IMG/VR virus record: IMGVR_UViG_3300016484_000913
Span: 1-37,619 of that record
Length of the DNA stretch: 37,619 bases
Reading direction: 5' to 3' (one strand)
From: a virus
Taxonomy: Duplodnaviria; Caudoviricetes
Positions within the stretch are counted from its first letter, which is position 1, and every line of letters begins with the position of its first letter. The notes beneath the pieces are model-generated. The model was not told the origin of the DNA. It saw only the letters and a list, made by a program, of their open reading frames with translations, and did no database searches. The translations under genes and the position numbers were made by a program. Shown here piece after piece: positions 9,224 through 18,210 of the stretch.

Positions 9224-10362
9224 CAGTGGAGCGACGTGAATGTGGAGGTTCCGACAGCGACCTTGCCAGCTGGGATGGTCACGTCACCGGGCGCTGGAGG
9301 GTTGATGCCGGTGCCGAAAGGCCGTGTGAGCACGACGTTCGTCACGCCTTCGATGGACATCAGACGGCGATACATCTCAGCGAGCAGGTACTTGCCGCCG
9401 ACTGGGATAGTCGACACGTAGTCCTTGACCGCCTTGTCCGCGCGCTGGCGGATGGTTTCGAGGTTGGCCGCTGGCTGCGAGTAGATGGTCCCCTGGACCG
9501 AGATCGTCTCGTTGACCGCGCTCTGGACGTGCAGGTCGACACCAAGCGGAAGGCGATAGATTCCGTCAACTGCGCCGCGGATGTAATTGTCGACGGTGGT
9601 CGCGACCGTGCCCGGCAATGCGCCGCCAGCGCCAGCGATGTAGACGTCGACACGCCCCGTGCCGAGCGTGTTGAGGTCGTCGACCCACACGCGGGTGACC
9701 GACGCGGATGCCTCCAGCGCCCACAGCTGGTAAGCGGCGGTCGGGGCTGCGTAGGCGAGTGCCGCCCACTTGCTCTGATTGCGCAGGCGCAGCCGTTCGT
9801 CGGTCTCTGGATCGGCGCCGGGGCGCTCGGTGCCGTCGTATGTGACAGTGGTACCGGCAAGAGGAGTGGACAGGACGATTGCTGTCGGCGCAGTTGGCGC
9901 CGCTACATCACCTGGCACCTCTGCGTCGAAGAAGATGGTCGCAACGGCGCCTGTGGCGAGGCTTAGCGATTGGCTGTTGCGATAGGTGACGCCCTTGGTA
10001 TCGGTAGCAACCAAGTCGCCAATCGCAGCAGTGAACGGGCCTACCGAGTTCGGGCGATCGTCTATGATCACCTTGATACGCGCTGCAACCGCCGGGATCC
10101 GCGTGTTGCCGTAGTGCGACGCGCTCAGCAGCGTCAACCAATCACCGGTGGCGGTGTCGTTGTAGCGCCCTTTCGCGAGCACGACTGTCGTGTTGCTCGC
10201 CGACGAATGGAGCCGCGCAAGAAGCTGGACCAGCGTCCGCGCGATGCTTCCGCTCTGCCAGGACCGCGCGGTGAAGCCGAGCCCGGTGAGGATGTCGAGG
10301 ATGGTGTCGAGCGACTGCTGCTCGGTCGACGGCGTGAGCAGTTGCGCGAGTGAGAGGCTCAC
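9223..10362 (-). CDS. Baseplate J/gp47 family protein
   Basis: ATGDWLTLL...G.TR.PA, GADPETDERLRLR, Y..WAL, G.GRVDVYI motifs. Confidence 0.93.
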   Translation of the reverse strand: MSLSLAQLLTPSTEQQSLDTILDILTGLGFTARSWQSGSIARTLVQLLARLHSSASNTTVVLAKGRYNDTATGDWLTLLSASHYGNTRIPAVAARIKVIIDDRPNSVGPFTAAIGDLVATDTKGVTYRNSQSLSLATGAVATIFFDAEVPGDVAAPTAPTAIVLSTPLAGTTVTYDGTERPGADPETDERLRLRNQSKWAALAYAAPTAAYQLWALEASASVTRVWVDDLNTLGTGRVDVYIAGAGGALPGTVATTVDNYIRGAVDGIYRLPLGVDLHVQSAVNETISVQGTIYSQPAANLETIRQRADKAVKDYVSTIPVGGKYLLAEMYRRLMSIEGVTNVVLTRPFGTGINPPAPGDVTIPAGKVAVGTSTFTSLH

Positions 10363-10742
10363 AGCGGCTCTCCGTTGAGCAAGATGGAACTCGTGACCTT
10401 GTCGATCGTGAGCGTCAGGTCGAAGGGGCCACCGCCATCGACGATGCGCACACCGATCGAGAGCGCCTCACCAACCATCGAGACGTCGGCGTCGGCGGTA
10501 AGAACGCGCTCGTCTGCCTCGACCTGCTCGAGCACTCCGGACGCGATCGGTCCTGAGCCGGGGTAGATGCCGCTCAGGTACTGCCGCAGGTCGTACCCAT
10601 ACGACTGGTCGTAGAACAGCGCACCTCGCGGGGTGGACAGTCGGCGCCCAATCGACTCGATAAGTGCGCGCCGCCCGTCGGCTTCTTCGAGCGCGGGCGA
10701 GAGGTCACCGAGACCTGAGATGTCGGAGCCGTAATCAGCCAC
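10359..10742 (-). CDS. Baseplate wedge/sheath initiator, gpW/gp25/gp46-like
   Basis: RRLSTPRGALFYDQSYG, DERV motifs; directly upstream of J. Confidence 0.85.
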   Translation of the reverse strand: MADYGSDISGLGDLSPALEEADGRRALIESIGRRLSTPRGALFYDQSYGYDLRQYLSGIYPGSGPIASGVLEQVEADERVLTADADVSMVGEALSIGVRIVDGGGPFDLTLTIDKVTSSILLNGEPL

Positions 10743-10759
10743 GTATACCTAGACGCTCA

Positions 10760-10789
10760 TTGCGACCGACAGCGGCGCGCGGCGAGAAT
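10760..10789 (+). promoter_or_regulatory. Putative sigma70-type promoter TTGCGA-N18-GAGAAT, 6 nt before ATG 10796 (leaderless)
   Basis: Sequence match only; no SD before the ATG. Confidence 0.35.
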
Positions 10790-10795
10790 TGCGGG

Positions 10796-11551
10796 ATGGG
10801 ACATCGACGGTGGATTTGGGTCGCCGCGCTCAGCGCGTGCGGAGGCGGGGACATGCAGCTGGCGCCAAAGGCGCCCGAAGCCGGCTCAACGGCGGCGTAT
10901 GCCGCGGTTGGCGGCAGGGGTGGCGACGTTGCGGCTGCGGGCGGCGCGGGTGCGGTGGCGGATCCTCGCCAGACTGGTGAGGATCCGGGCGGTGCGGGCG
11001 GGATAGCCCCAGCGATGCCAGTTGGCGGGATGGTGGCCGGGAACACGGGGGAGGAAGTTCACCCCGTGCCCCAGCCGCAAGCGGGCTCAGGCGGCATGCC
11101 AAAGCCGGAGACTGGTGGTGGTGGAGCTCCGGCCATGCAGCCTGTCGAGCGCGTCCTGTGGTCGCAGACGTGGACCGTGGCGCTGCACGGAACGGACGTG
11201 CGCAGCGAAACCGAGGGGGACCGGATGGGGCTGATGATCAGCGCCGGGAAGGGGTGTGAGTTCGGCGCCGAGCCGGGTCTGAGCGGCGAAACCAAGTCAT
11301 ACCCGACGAACGGTGCATGCATCAGCGCCGCCATCAGTTCGGCGCGGGGTGGTGCGGCGGTGTTCTCGGGCACTGACCAGATCGCTTGGACTGGCAGCGC
11401 CGAACTCTCCGGCTGGACGGCCGCCGTGACCGGCCACACCGTGCTGTACCTGCGACGGACGCAGACGTACGAGCTCTGGCTGCTGGATAACGGCGCCTGG
11501 ACCTACGATTACGCGGACTTCACCGGAACATGGGAGGCGGTGGGGTACTGA
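10796..11551 (+). CDS. Antisense moron lipoprotein (Gly/Pro-rich linker plus C-terminal beta domain)
   Basis: Start reassigned to ATG 10796: MGHRRWIWVAALSA-C lipobox, then a G/A/P-rich tether. Confidence 0.8.
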   Translation: MGHRRWIWVAALSACGGGDMQLAPKAPEAGSTAAYAAVGGRGGDVAAAGGAGAVADPRQTGEDPGGAGGIAPAMPVGGMVAGNTGEEVHPVPQPQAGSGGMPKPETGGGGAPAMQPVERVLWSQTWTVALHGTDVRSETEGDRMGLMISAGKGCEFGAEPGLSGETKSYPTNGACISAAISSARGGAAVFSGTDQIAWTGSAELSGWTAAVTGHTVLYLRRTQTYELWLLDNGAWTYDYADFTGTWEAVGY

Positions 11552-11566
11552 TATGACCCCTGCTCG

Positions 11567-11618
11567 CGTCTCGCCTCACCCTGTCGTATCGTGCAAGCGA
11601 ATGACGTGAGGCGAGACG
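11567..11618. repeat. Perfect 13-bp inverted repeat CGTCTCGCCTCAC-N26-GTGAGGCGAGACG enclosing a -10-like TATCGT
   Basis: Arms at 11567-11579 and 11606-11618; intergenic. Confidence 0.85.
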
Positions 11619-11662
11619 GCCTCACGGCCAGCCTCGATCACGCAAGCGAGAGGGGTTGGCCG

Positions 11663-11962
11663 ATGGAGACTCAGATGATGCTGTTTGGCGAGGACGTGTT
11701 GGGTCGGGCGGGCGCGGCGAAGGCGGACGTGTACGTCGAGCCCGGGCTGAGCTTTGCCGACGCCATAGACGTCGCGCGGAACTACGGGGCGGAGACTGCG
11801 GTGCGGTACCAGGTTACCGAAGAGGTTAGGGACAAGATCCGCAACTTCATCGGGGGCTTGGTAGCGGCGCACGATTACTCAGCGGACGAAGCTGAGTATC
11901 TGCGCAACGTCGCTTGGGCTGGGGCGGAGCGCAGCAATGCGCTTTCCGAATTGCCGTTCTGA
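11663..11962 (+). CDS. Hypothetical moron protein (99 aa)
   Basis: ATG 11663 with GAGAGGGG SD, within ORF 11591..11962. Confidence 0.7.
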   Translation: METQMMLFGEDVLGRAGAAKADVYVEPGLSFADAIDVARNYGAETAVRYQVTEEVRDKIRNFIGGLVAAHDYSADEAEYLRNVAWAGAERSNALSELPF

Positions 11963-11968
11963 ACCGTT

Positions 11969-11990
11969 GGCCCCTGGGAAACCAGGGGCC
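11969..11990 (+). terminator. GC-rich hairpin GGCCCCTGG-GAAA-CCAGGGGCC (terminator-like or stabilising)
   Basis: 9-bp perfect stem with GNRA loop just after the stop codon; no U-tract. Confidence 0.5.
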
Positions 11991-12016
11991 GTCTCGACCT
12001 CACGCATTCACCACAT

Positions 12017-12334
12017 ATGCGCTACCCGACCGAGAAAGAGCTAGAGCAACTCGCCACCTGGCCGATCCGTGCGCTGGCAGACTGCCAAGTCGTGCTAACG
12101 GCAGCGGCTGAACTGTGGTGGCCACCACGCCCGCACGACAGTCTCGGACAGTTTCCTCGGGCGCACTTCGCCACTGGGGGATGGTCTGGAAACGAAGACG
12201 TTCTTACGGCGCTGAAGGCAAACGCCGTCTTCTGGGCGCTGTGCTGGGAAAGCAGCAGTGTAGGCGGCCTGCACGTGTTCAGGCTGCCCGATTACCCCAC
12301 GTCTTCAGACGGCGCTGGTGGCGCCATCGACTGA
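12017..12334 (+). CDS. Conserved phage hypothetical protein (TGGWSGNE motif)
   Basis: ATGGWSGNED.L.AL..N..FW..CW.SS..GG.H.F pattern recalled from phage hypotheticals. Confidence 0.75.
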   Translation: MRYPTEKELEQLATWPIRALADCQVVLTAAAELWWPPRPHDSLGQFPRAHFATGGWSGNEDVLTALKANAVFWALCWESSSVGGLHVFRLPDYPTSSDGAGGAID

Positions 12335-12549
12335 ATGCGCACGACCTCGTCCTGGGGCATGCTCTGGACGATCTTCTCGACGACGGGGCTAGCCGGGATG
12401 AACGCCAGCTTGCCGTAGAGGAACGCTGCGGCGCCGACCAGCGTCGCCTGCGCCTCCGCGTTGCCCTTGAGCAGGGTGAACGCCAGCGCGTAGCAGATGA
12501 CGATGACGGCGATGCACGCGATGTGGACGTACGAGATCGACTGCTTCAT
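12292..12549 (-). CDS. Small two-TM membrane protein (holin-like candidate)
   Basis: Two hydrophobic stretches and a polar C-tail; on the late strand. Confidence 0.6.
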   Translation of the reverse strand: MKQSISYVHIACIAVIVICYALAFTLLKGNAEAQATLVGAAAFLYGKLAFIPASPVVEKIVQSMPQDEVVRIQSMAPPAPSEDVG

Positions 12550-12660
12550 GTGGCCTGTTTGCAGCTAGCGGCTGCGTGTGGTGGAGTGGCTGCGGAAGGA
12601 ATCGTGGGGCAATGGCGCCTCACGGCCCAAACCTCGCGAGGAAACGAAAGGGGAATGGGT

Positions 12661-12897
12661 ATGCAGCAGCTACGTTTGACGCCGACGGTTCTGAATCTTG
12701 TGTCTCTCGCGATCAAGGCCTACGAGGTAGGCGTGGCCGCAGCGGCTTCGCTGAAGGACCCCAGCGTCGATCCAAAGTTCGTAGACGCAGACATCGACCT
12801 GGCCATCATGTTGATGGAGGTTCAGTACGATCTGTCGCTGACTCAGCGTGATTACCTCCTCGGAATGGCGAGGAAGCACGCTGGCCTCACGCACTGA
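12661..12897 (+). CDS. Hypothetical moron protein (78 aa)
   Basis: ATG 12661 with GAAAGGGG SD; 3' part of ORF 12115..12897 (MQQLRLTPTVLNLV...). Confidence 0.7.
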   Translation: MQQLRLTPTVLNLVSLAIKAYEVGVAAAASLKDPSVDPKFVDADIDLAIMLMEVQYDLSLTQRDYLLGMARKHAGLTH

Positions 12898-12962
12898 CGG
12901 CGTGGTGCTCACCGGCTCGGCATGGAGCTGAACCGGTGGGCGCTGTTGCCTCACGAGACCTT

Positions 12963-13400
12963 TCAGGACCACGGGACAGGCGAGCCAGATACCGGCGTCG
13001 CCGTCCCGGTGCGCGCCCAGGCGTCCATCGCGCTGGCGATCTTCGTCGCCGCGAGCGCTGCCGTCTCGGGGTAGGGCGGCGCGAGCAGCGCGACCCAAGC
13101 GAACGGTACCGGGGGAGGCACTGCGGCGAACGCAGGGGCCATCCCGACGCCCAGCGCTGCCGCGTAGGTGGTCAGCGCCGTCGTCATGCTCGGGATAGCG
13201 TTGGGGAGCGCGAACGCGGCTGCTAGCTGCGCCTGGAGCGCCGCGCGGGCTGCCGCTTGCGTAGAGCTCGGCGGCGCGATGGCAGCGAAGTAGGTGCCTA
13301 TCGCGTCGGCCCACTTGGCGGCGCAGTCGGCCACCGTTGCCCCCGGATGCTCGAACGTGTCGCGCAGCCGCGATTCGAGTGTGGCGGAAGCAAGGGGCAT
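12963..13400 (-). CDS. Ala-rich hypothetical protein after baseplate spike
   Basis: ATG 13400 in TGATG overlap with the spike stop; MPLASATLESRL... Confidence 0.75.
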   Translation of the reverse strand: MPLASATLESRLRDTFEHPGATVADCAAKWADAIGTYFAAIAPPSSTQAAARAALQAQLAAAFALPNAIPSMTTALTTYAAALGVGMAPAFAAVPPPVPFAWVALLAPPYPETAALAATKIASAMDAWARTGTATPVSGSPVPWS

Positions 13401-14521
13401 CAGGTCGGCGGCATCCCAGGTGTTGGGACGTCGGTTGGCCCTGTCGCGGCGGGATGGATGTGCCGGCCAAGGCGCACGCGCGTAGCTGGCAGCGCGCTGT
13501 GCGCTGTGATCTCCCCCGTGCACTCGATGTCCCCGTCGACGATGAGCTTTGGCGTCCTGATGCGGACCTCGGTGCAGCTGGACCCGTCGGGCCACAACGC
13601 CGCCGCCGGGAGCTTCGGATCGCCAGCCTCGAAGAAGAGCAGCACCTTGCCACCAGCCGGCACGCGCACTGTGACGCCTGGGATCCCGTGCCGGATGGGT
13701 ACGCCGGTCAGCCCGTTGCCGCGCAACTGCTTGGCGTCCGGGATGATCTCCAGCGTGCCGTCGGCGCTCTGGCTGAGCACTTTGGACGGGTACAGCCGGC
13801 TGTAGTCGATCTTGTCTGCGGTGCGCTGGTCGACGATGGCTGCGATATCCTCGGCCACGCGCGAGCCGCCGTTAGCCGACTCGTAGAGGATCTCTTGCCG
13901 CAGACCGCCGCCGTTCTCCGTGCTGGTCGTCACGCGCGAGACGCGGCGACCACCGAACGACTGGCCCGGAGCTACATGCGGCGCTTCGGGCGCAATCACC
14001 ACGGCGTCACGGCCTGGGGTACGATCGATCTCGTCGTGAGCGGTCTTTGACTCCGCCCACTTATCAGCCCCCAGCCAGACCGTGCCGTCGCGTTGAACTC
14101 TCCAGACGAGGCCGAGCTCGTCTGCAACCTTCTTGAGCGTGATGCTCGCTGGCCCCTTGGTGCGGGTCCACCGCGCCACCTGGTGCCCTCGCACCGCAGG
14201 GTCGGTGTCGGAGGACAGCGACTCTCCGGTCTCCCGCATGATGTCGGTCACCACTGCGCCGAGGTTTACGCCTCGGTAGTGTTTGACCTCCAGCACCTTG
14301 CCCAGCTTCCCGGCGCCGCCGACGAGCTGCAGGTGCACGCGCCCAGCGTGGTGGTCGCCCTTGACTACGATGCCCGTCCACGTGACGCCGTCAATGACTA
14401 GTGACACTTTGCCGGTGATGGCAGCGTCGGCGTCGACGTCGACCATGGCCGACCAGACGCCGACGCGCGGCTCGGTCAGCGTGCAGCTGATGACGTTCTT
14501 TCCGTTGCAGGTAGCGGTCAT
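13400..14521 (-). CDS. Baseplate hub-spike fusion (gp27/gp44-like hub plus gpV/gp45-like OB-fold spike)
   Basis: WRVQRDGTVWLG hub motif; V.AGGKVLLFFEAGDP..P OB-fold; C-terminal HIH apex motif. Confidence 0.8.
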   Translation of the reverse strand: MTATCNGKNVISCTLTEPRVGVWSAMVDVDADAAITGKVSLVIDGVTWTGIVVKGDHHAGRVHLQLVGGAGKLGKVLEVKHYRGVNLGAVVTDIMRETGESLSSDTDPAVRGHQVARWTRTKGPASITLKKVADELGLVWRVQRDGTVWLGADKWAESKTAHDEIDRTPGRDAVVIAPEAPHVAPGQSFGGRRVSRVTTSTENGGGLRQEILYESANGGSRVAEDIAAIVDQRTADKIDYSRLYPSKVLSQSADGTLEIIPDAKQLRGNGLTGVPIRHGIPGVTVRVPAGGKVLLFFEAGDPKLPAAALWPDGSSCTEVRIRTPKLIVDGDIECTGEITAHSALPATRVRLGRHIHPAATGPTDVPTPGMPPT

Positions 14522-15195
14522 TGCCCGGTCAAGAACGGAGCGATCGCCGAGGATGGGTCAATCGAACGGTTGAGCGTCGCCTCGGGCGGGTTGCGCGTGT
14601 CCGTGTTGGACAACGGCTGATGGTCCGCGTCGTAGTCCTCGGCGCTGATGAACGGCTGAATCGTCGACGTGCGCCACGAGCCCGCGCCGCGCAGTTGCGC
14701 GACCATGATCTCGGAATCCGTAGGCGGCGTCACCTTAGGCTTGACGTTCGTCTTCTTGGGCTCGGCCGACCACTCGATCATATCGATCGCGAACTCCAGG
14801 ATGCCGTCCTTGATCTCAGGAGGACGAATGCGCTCGACGTACACCGTGGTAACGCCGATCAGCGCGGCGGCCGGGTGATAGATCTTCAGCGGCTGCTTGA
14901 TTCCCCCGGGCTTCTTCGGGTGAATGTCCGGCATGATCCGCTGCAGCTGCGCCCAGTCGTCGTTAGGTTGGCCGTTTGCGTCGCGACCAGCCAAGCGCCC
15001 CACTGCTTGCAGTCGGGGCGGCAGCAAGCCCATGTCGCGGATGCGCGCGCCGTCCTTGTCCTTGGTCTTCTTGTGGTCGACCTGACGCGCGCATTCGCCG
15101 CCGGTGATCGCCCAGACACCCGGCATCACGTGCACGCCGAGCGTGAGCTTGTCCCACGGCGCGTCTGGATCGTCCCAGTGCGGAATCGATGGCAT
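14518..15195 (-). CDS. Putative tail tube initiator/baseplate-associated protein
   Basis: Lies between TMP and hub; IYHP...IG and IEW motifs typical of that slot. Confidence 0.6.
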   Translation of the reverse strand: MPSIPHWDDPDAPWDKLTLGVHVMPGVWAITGGECARQVDHKKTKDKDGARIRDMGLLPPRLQAVGRLAGRDANGQPNDDWAQLQRIMPDIHPKKPGGIKQPLKIYHPAAALIGVTTVYVERIRPPEIKDGILEFAIDMIEWSAEPKKTNVKPKVTPPTDSEIMVAQLRGAGSWRTSTIQPFISAEDYDADHQPLSNTDTRNPPEATLNRSIDPSSAIAPFLTGQ

Positions 15196-17178
15196 TTACA
15201 TCGCCCCTGCTTCGAGCGCTTGAGACTGGAAGAACTGCTCCAGCATGCCCTTTTGCGCTTGGCCGACGTCGCGCGCGATGGCTGCAGAGTCCTTGCCGTC
15301 GCCGTTTATGTGGATCGCCGACTCGAACTTGATCTGGTTGTTCGTGGTCTTCTGCGCGCCGTTGGCCGCAAGGTTCTTGGCTGCGTCGGTGGGGACTGCG
15401 CGCAGCCCGCGAGTGGTTTGTTGCTCGTCACGCGCAGCGAACGTGTCCAAGCCCCACTGCGCGATCTCTTCGCGGAAGGCGTAGGAGAGACCGGCGAGCC
15501 CAAGTCCAGCGAGCGCGCCGCCACCAGCTAGCAGGCCCGCGGTGCCGAGGCCCGCGGTCAGCGCTGCCAGCCCCGTGGTGCCGCCGCCTGCGGCTGCGGT
15601 GGTGGCAGCGGCCGTGGCTTCCGCTCCGGCTGCTGCCGCGGCGGCTTCGGCTGCGGCTGTTGCCGCCGCACTCGCGGCAGCGCGCTTCGCGAGCGCCTTA
15701 CCAGTAGCCCACTGCAGGCCGAAACCGATGAGGCTGTCATCGAACTTAGGCGCAGAGTCGCCGCCACCGCCGCCAAGAAGCACTTTGAGCAGGGAAGCGG
15801 AGTTGCCGGCGCCAAGCAGCTTCAATACACCGATCGTGCCCGCGCCGAAGAGTGCGAGATTCTGATGATCTGCGAGCCACAACACCGCATCAGCGATCTT
15901 GCTGATCGCCTTGAGCGCGAGTTCGAACGCCTCAGCTAGACGCTTGCCAAGTGCACGCGCCTTCTCCAGCGGCGGCACCGCGCCATCGGCCGCGCCCATG
16001 GCATCGACGATCACGCTGAAGCCTTCGCCGAATCCGGTCGCGAACTCCAAGGCCAGCGGGATGATGCGCTCAGCCATCTCCAGCACCTTGCCGATGAACC
16101 TGGTCATCTGGTCGCCCTGGATGCCGTCGATGGCCTTGGTGATGCGCTCGACAACCGGCTTGAGCTTGTCGAGGTTCTTCTTGACCGCTTCGCCCAGGCG
16201 CACGAATAGGAATTGCGGCGCGATCTTCAATTGGCCGATGAGGCCATCGAAGGTGTTCGACATCGTGTCTTTGCGCAGCTGGCCGGCGCTGCTGCTGTGC
16301 GTTTTCTCTAGGATCGCCGCTTTGATCGCCGCGATGCCAGTGTCAGCGTCGATCTGTCCTTTGGAGATCATGCCGCGCACGGCCTCCTCGGACTTGCCGG
16401 TGATCTTTGCGAGGTTCTTGTAAACAAGAACCGTTGAGACGTTTGCCTCCGCCAGCTGACCGACGAGTTCCTCTGCCTGCAGCTTGCCCTTGGCTTTGAT
16501 CTGCGTGATGGCGGTCAGCGCCCGGTGCGCGGCCTGTGCGTCTCCGGTGACGCCCTGCAGGTCGGCTGAGATCTTGACCAGTTCCTCCGCTTCCGGGAGC
16601 TTGAACTGCATCGCGAGCAGGTGCTTCATCGAGCCGGTCGTCTCCTCGACGTCCTGACCCAACTCGCGCGCGAGACGAAGCGACGTGTCCCACGCCCGCT
16701 GTGCCCCGTCAGCGCTTCCGGTCAGCGAGTGAAACGCGACCTCGGACGACTCCTTGAACCGCGCCATGTGCACGGCGCCTTCGACCAGCTTGTACCCTGT
16801 CGCGCCGGCCACTGCGGTCGCCCCGAACGCGGCCCACTTCGCGGCGCTTTTGGCTTTGTCGACCATGTAGTCGATCGCCTTGTCGGCGTTCTTCGTGGCC
16901 GTCTTGAGCGGGAACTTGCCGATTTGACCAAAGGCGCCGCCCGCACTCGGCCCCTTGCCATCACCGACGAACTTGCCGCGGGGGTCGCGCCAGCGGCCTG
17001 CCTTGTCTTGCGTGAATCCCTTGGCGCGGAAAGCAGCCTCGCTGGCCTTCTTCGCCGCGTCAGCCGACTTCTTCATCCTGTCGAACTGCGCACCAATGGA
17101 CCCGATCGCACGCACGGCGGCCTTCGCAGGTCCCGAGACCTTGTCGACCAAACCGACTGCAAACGATGCGGAGTCCAT
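15196..17178 (-). CDS. Tape measure protein
   Basis: LVDKVSGPA start, AITQIKAKGKLQAEEL..QLAE tape-measure motif, Ala/Gly-rich helical body. Confidence 0.92.
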   Translation of the reverse strand: MDSASFAVGLVDKVSGPAKAAVRAIGSIGAQFDRMKKSADAAKKASEAAFRAKGFTQDKAGRWRDPRGKFVGDGKGPSAGGAFGQIGKFPLKTATKNADKAIDYMVDKAKSAAKWAAFGATAVAGATGYKLVEGAVHMARFKESSEVAFHSLTGSADGAQRAWDTSLRLARELGQDVEETTGSMKHLLAMQFKLPEAEELVKISADLQGVTGDAQAAHRALTAITQIKAKGKLQAEELVGQLAEANVSTVLVYKNLAKITGKSEEAVRGMISKGQIDADTGIAAIKAAILEKTHSSSAGQLRKDTMSNTFDGLIGQLKIAPQFLFVRLGEAVKKNLDKLKPVVERITKAIDGIQGDQMTRFIGKVLEMAERIIPLALEFATGFGEGFSVIVDAMGAADGAVPPLEKARALGKRLAEAFELALKAISKIADAVLWLADHQNLALFGAGTIGVLKLLGAGNSASLLKVLLGGGGGDSAPKFDDSLIGFGLQWATGKALAKRAAASAAATAAAEAAAAAAGAEATAAATTAAAGGGTTGLAALTAGLGTAGLLAGGGALAGLGLAGLSYAFREEIAQWGLDTFAARDEQQTTRGLRAVPTDAAKNLAANGAQKTTNNQIKFESAIHINGDGKDSAAIARDVGQAQKGMLEQFFQSQALEAGAM

Positions 17179-17181
17179 GTG

Positions 17182-17666
17182 TTATTCGCCGGGGCGTTTG
17201 AAGAAGAAGCTTCGTATCAGTGCGATGTCATCGAGGGCCATTGCCACGAGCAGCGCGCCGTCCATGCGTTTGGACCGGGGCGCGTCGCTGTCGAATAGCG
17301 CGAGGAGCGCGGCGGCGGAGCACAGCGGGTGACTGCGCAGCCGCGTCAGAGTTTTTTTACGTCGAGCTCGTCGCTGGCGCCCGCCAGTTCGGTCAGCTTG
17401 GTGCTGATGGTGGTCGGCAGCGCCGGCTTCTTCGCGAACACTGCGAGCACGTCAGCACGCGCCGGCCAGACGATGTTGTCCAGCACGTAGTTACGCATCG
17501 CGCTCACACGGTCTTTTTCGCGCAAAATCTCGCTCTGGAACGCATCCCAGGACTCCGCGCTTGGCGTACGCAGCACCCACGTCGACCCGGAAACGCTCAC
17601 CGCGTGCAGGTCGACTCCGGGGTACTTCGATTTCAGTTCACGAATCGTCTCTTCCGTCAGTTCCAT
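17182..17666 (-). CDS. Tail assembly chaperone, extended (gpGT-like) -1 frameshift product
   Basis: GTA AAA AAA CTC TGA; the -1 frame reads KKTLTRLRSHPL...FFFKRPGE* and stops 3 nt before the TMP ATG. Confidence 0.8.
17346..17666 (-). CDS. Tail assembly chaperone (gpG-like)
   Basis: 106 aa between tube and TMP, ending at a slippery A7. Confidence 0.85.
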   Translation of the reverse strand: MELTEETIRELKSKYPGVDLHAVSVSGSTWVLRTPSAESWDAFQSEILREKDRVSAMRNYVLDNIVWPARADVLAVFAKKPALPTTISTKLTELAGASDELDVKKL

Positions 17667-17697
17667 AGGTGCCTTCCCTTCATCAACTCGTGGCCCG

Positions 17698-18204
17698 TCA
17701 GAGCCCGATCAACGCCGCTGGCGCACCGCCAAGCCCGGAGCCGGAGCCCGCGACCTTGTAAGCGCCGTTCCAGCTGATGCGGTACACGCTCAGGTCGACC
17801 TTGGTGACCAGCGCGTCGCCGCTGCCGCTGCTGTGCGAGTTCTCTTCCTTCATGATCCGGCAGCCCTCGATCGTGTCGGTGATCAACGCGCTGCCGGGCT
17901 CGCGATAGACGACCGTGATCACAAACGGGGCTTCTCCGTAGCCACCGAGCCCGAGAGCGATCAGGTCGCGCTTGACCGTCTCGAAATCGAGCTTGGCCAT
18001 GGTGAACGACGCCTCGGCCTTGTACGGTCCGCGCGTCCGACCGACCATGTACGAGCTCGTGCCGTGGAGCTCGCCAGGTTCGAGGCTGTCGGAATACGAG
18101 ATCTCAGTGACAGCCGTGCGCGAGATGCCGTTGATGGCGATCGTGATCGAGCTGTAGCTGTAGATGTTGCCGTTGATGACGCGGCCGGTTTGTAGTGCGG
18201 GCAT
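17698..18204 (-). CDS. Tail tube protein
   Basis: INGNIYSYSSI, EISYSD, GRTRG.Y.AEAS motifs; follows the sheath. Confidence 0.85.
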   Translation of the reverse strand: MPALQTGRVINGNIYSYSSITIAINGISRTAVTEISYSDSLEPGELHGTSSYMVGRTRGPYKAEASFTMAKLDFETVKRDLIALGLGGYGEAPFVITVVYREPGSALITDTIEGCRIMKEENSHSSGSGDALVTKVDLSVYRISWNGAYKVAGSGSGLGGAPAALIGL

Positions 18205-18210
18205 GTGCTA

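Noticed and set aside
12115-12660. 5' part of the 260-aa ORF 12115..12897
   Set aside because: Overlaps two better genes; SD and shared leader point to ATG 12661.
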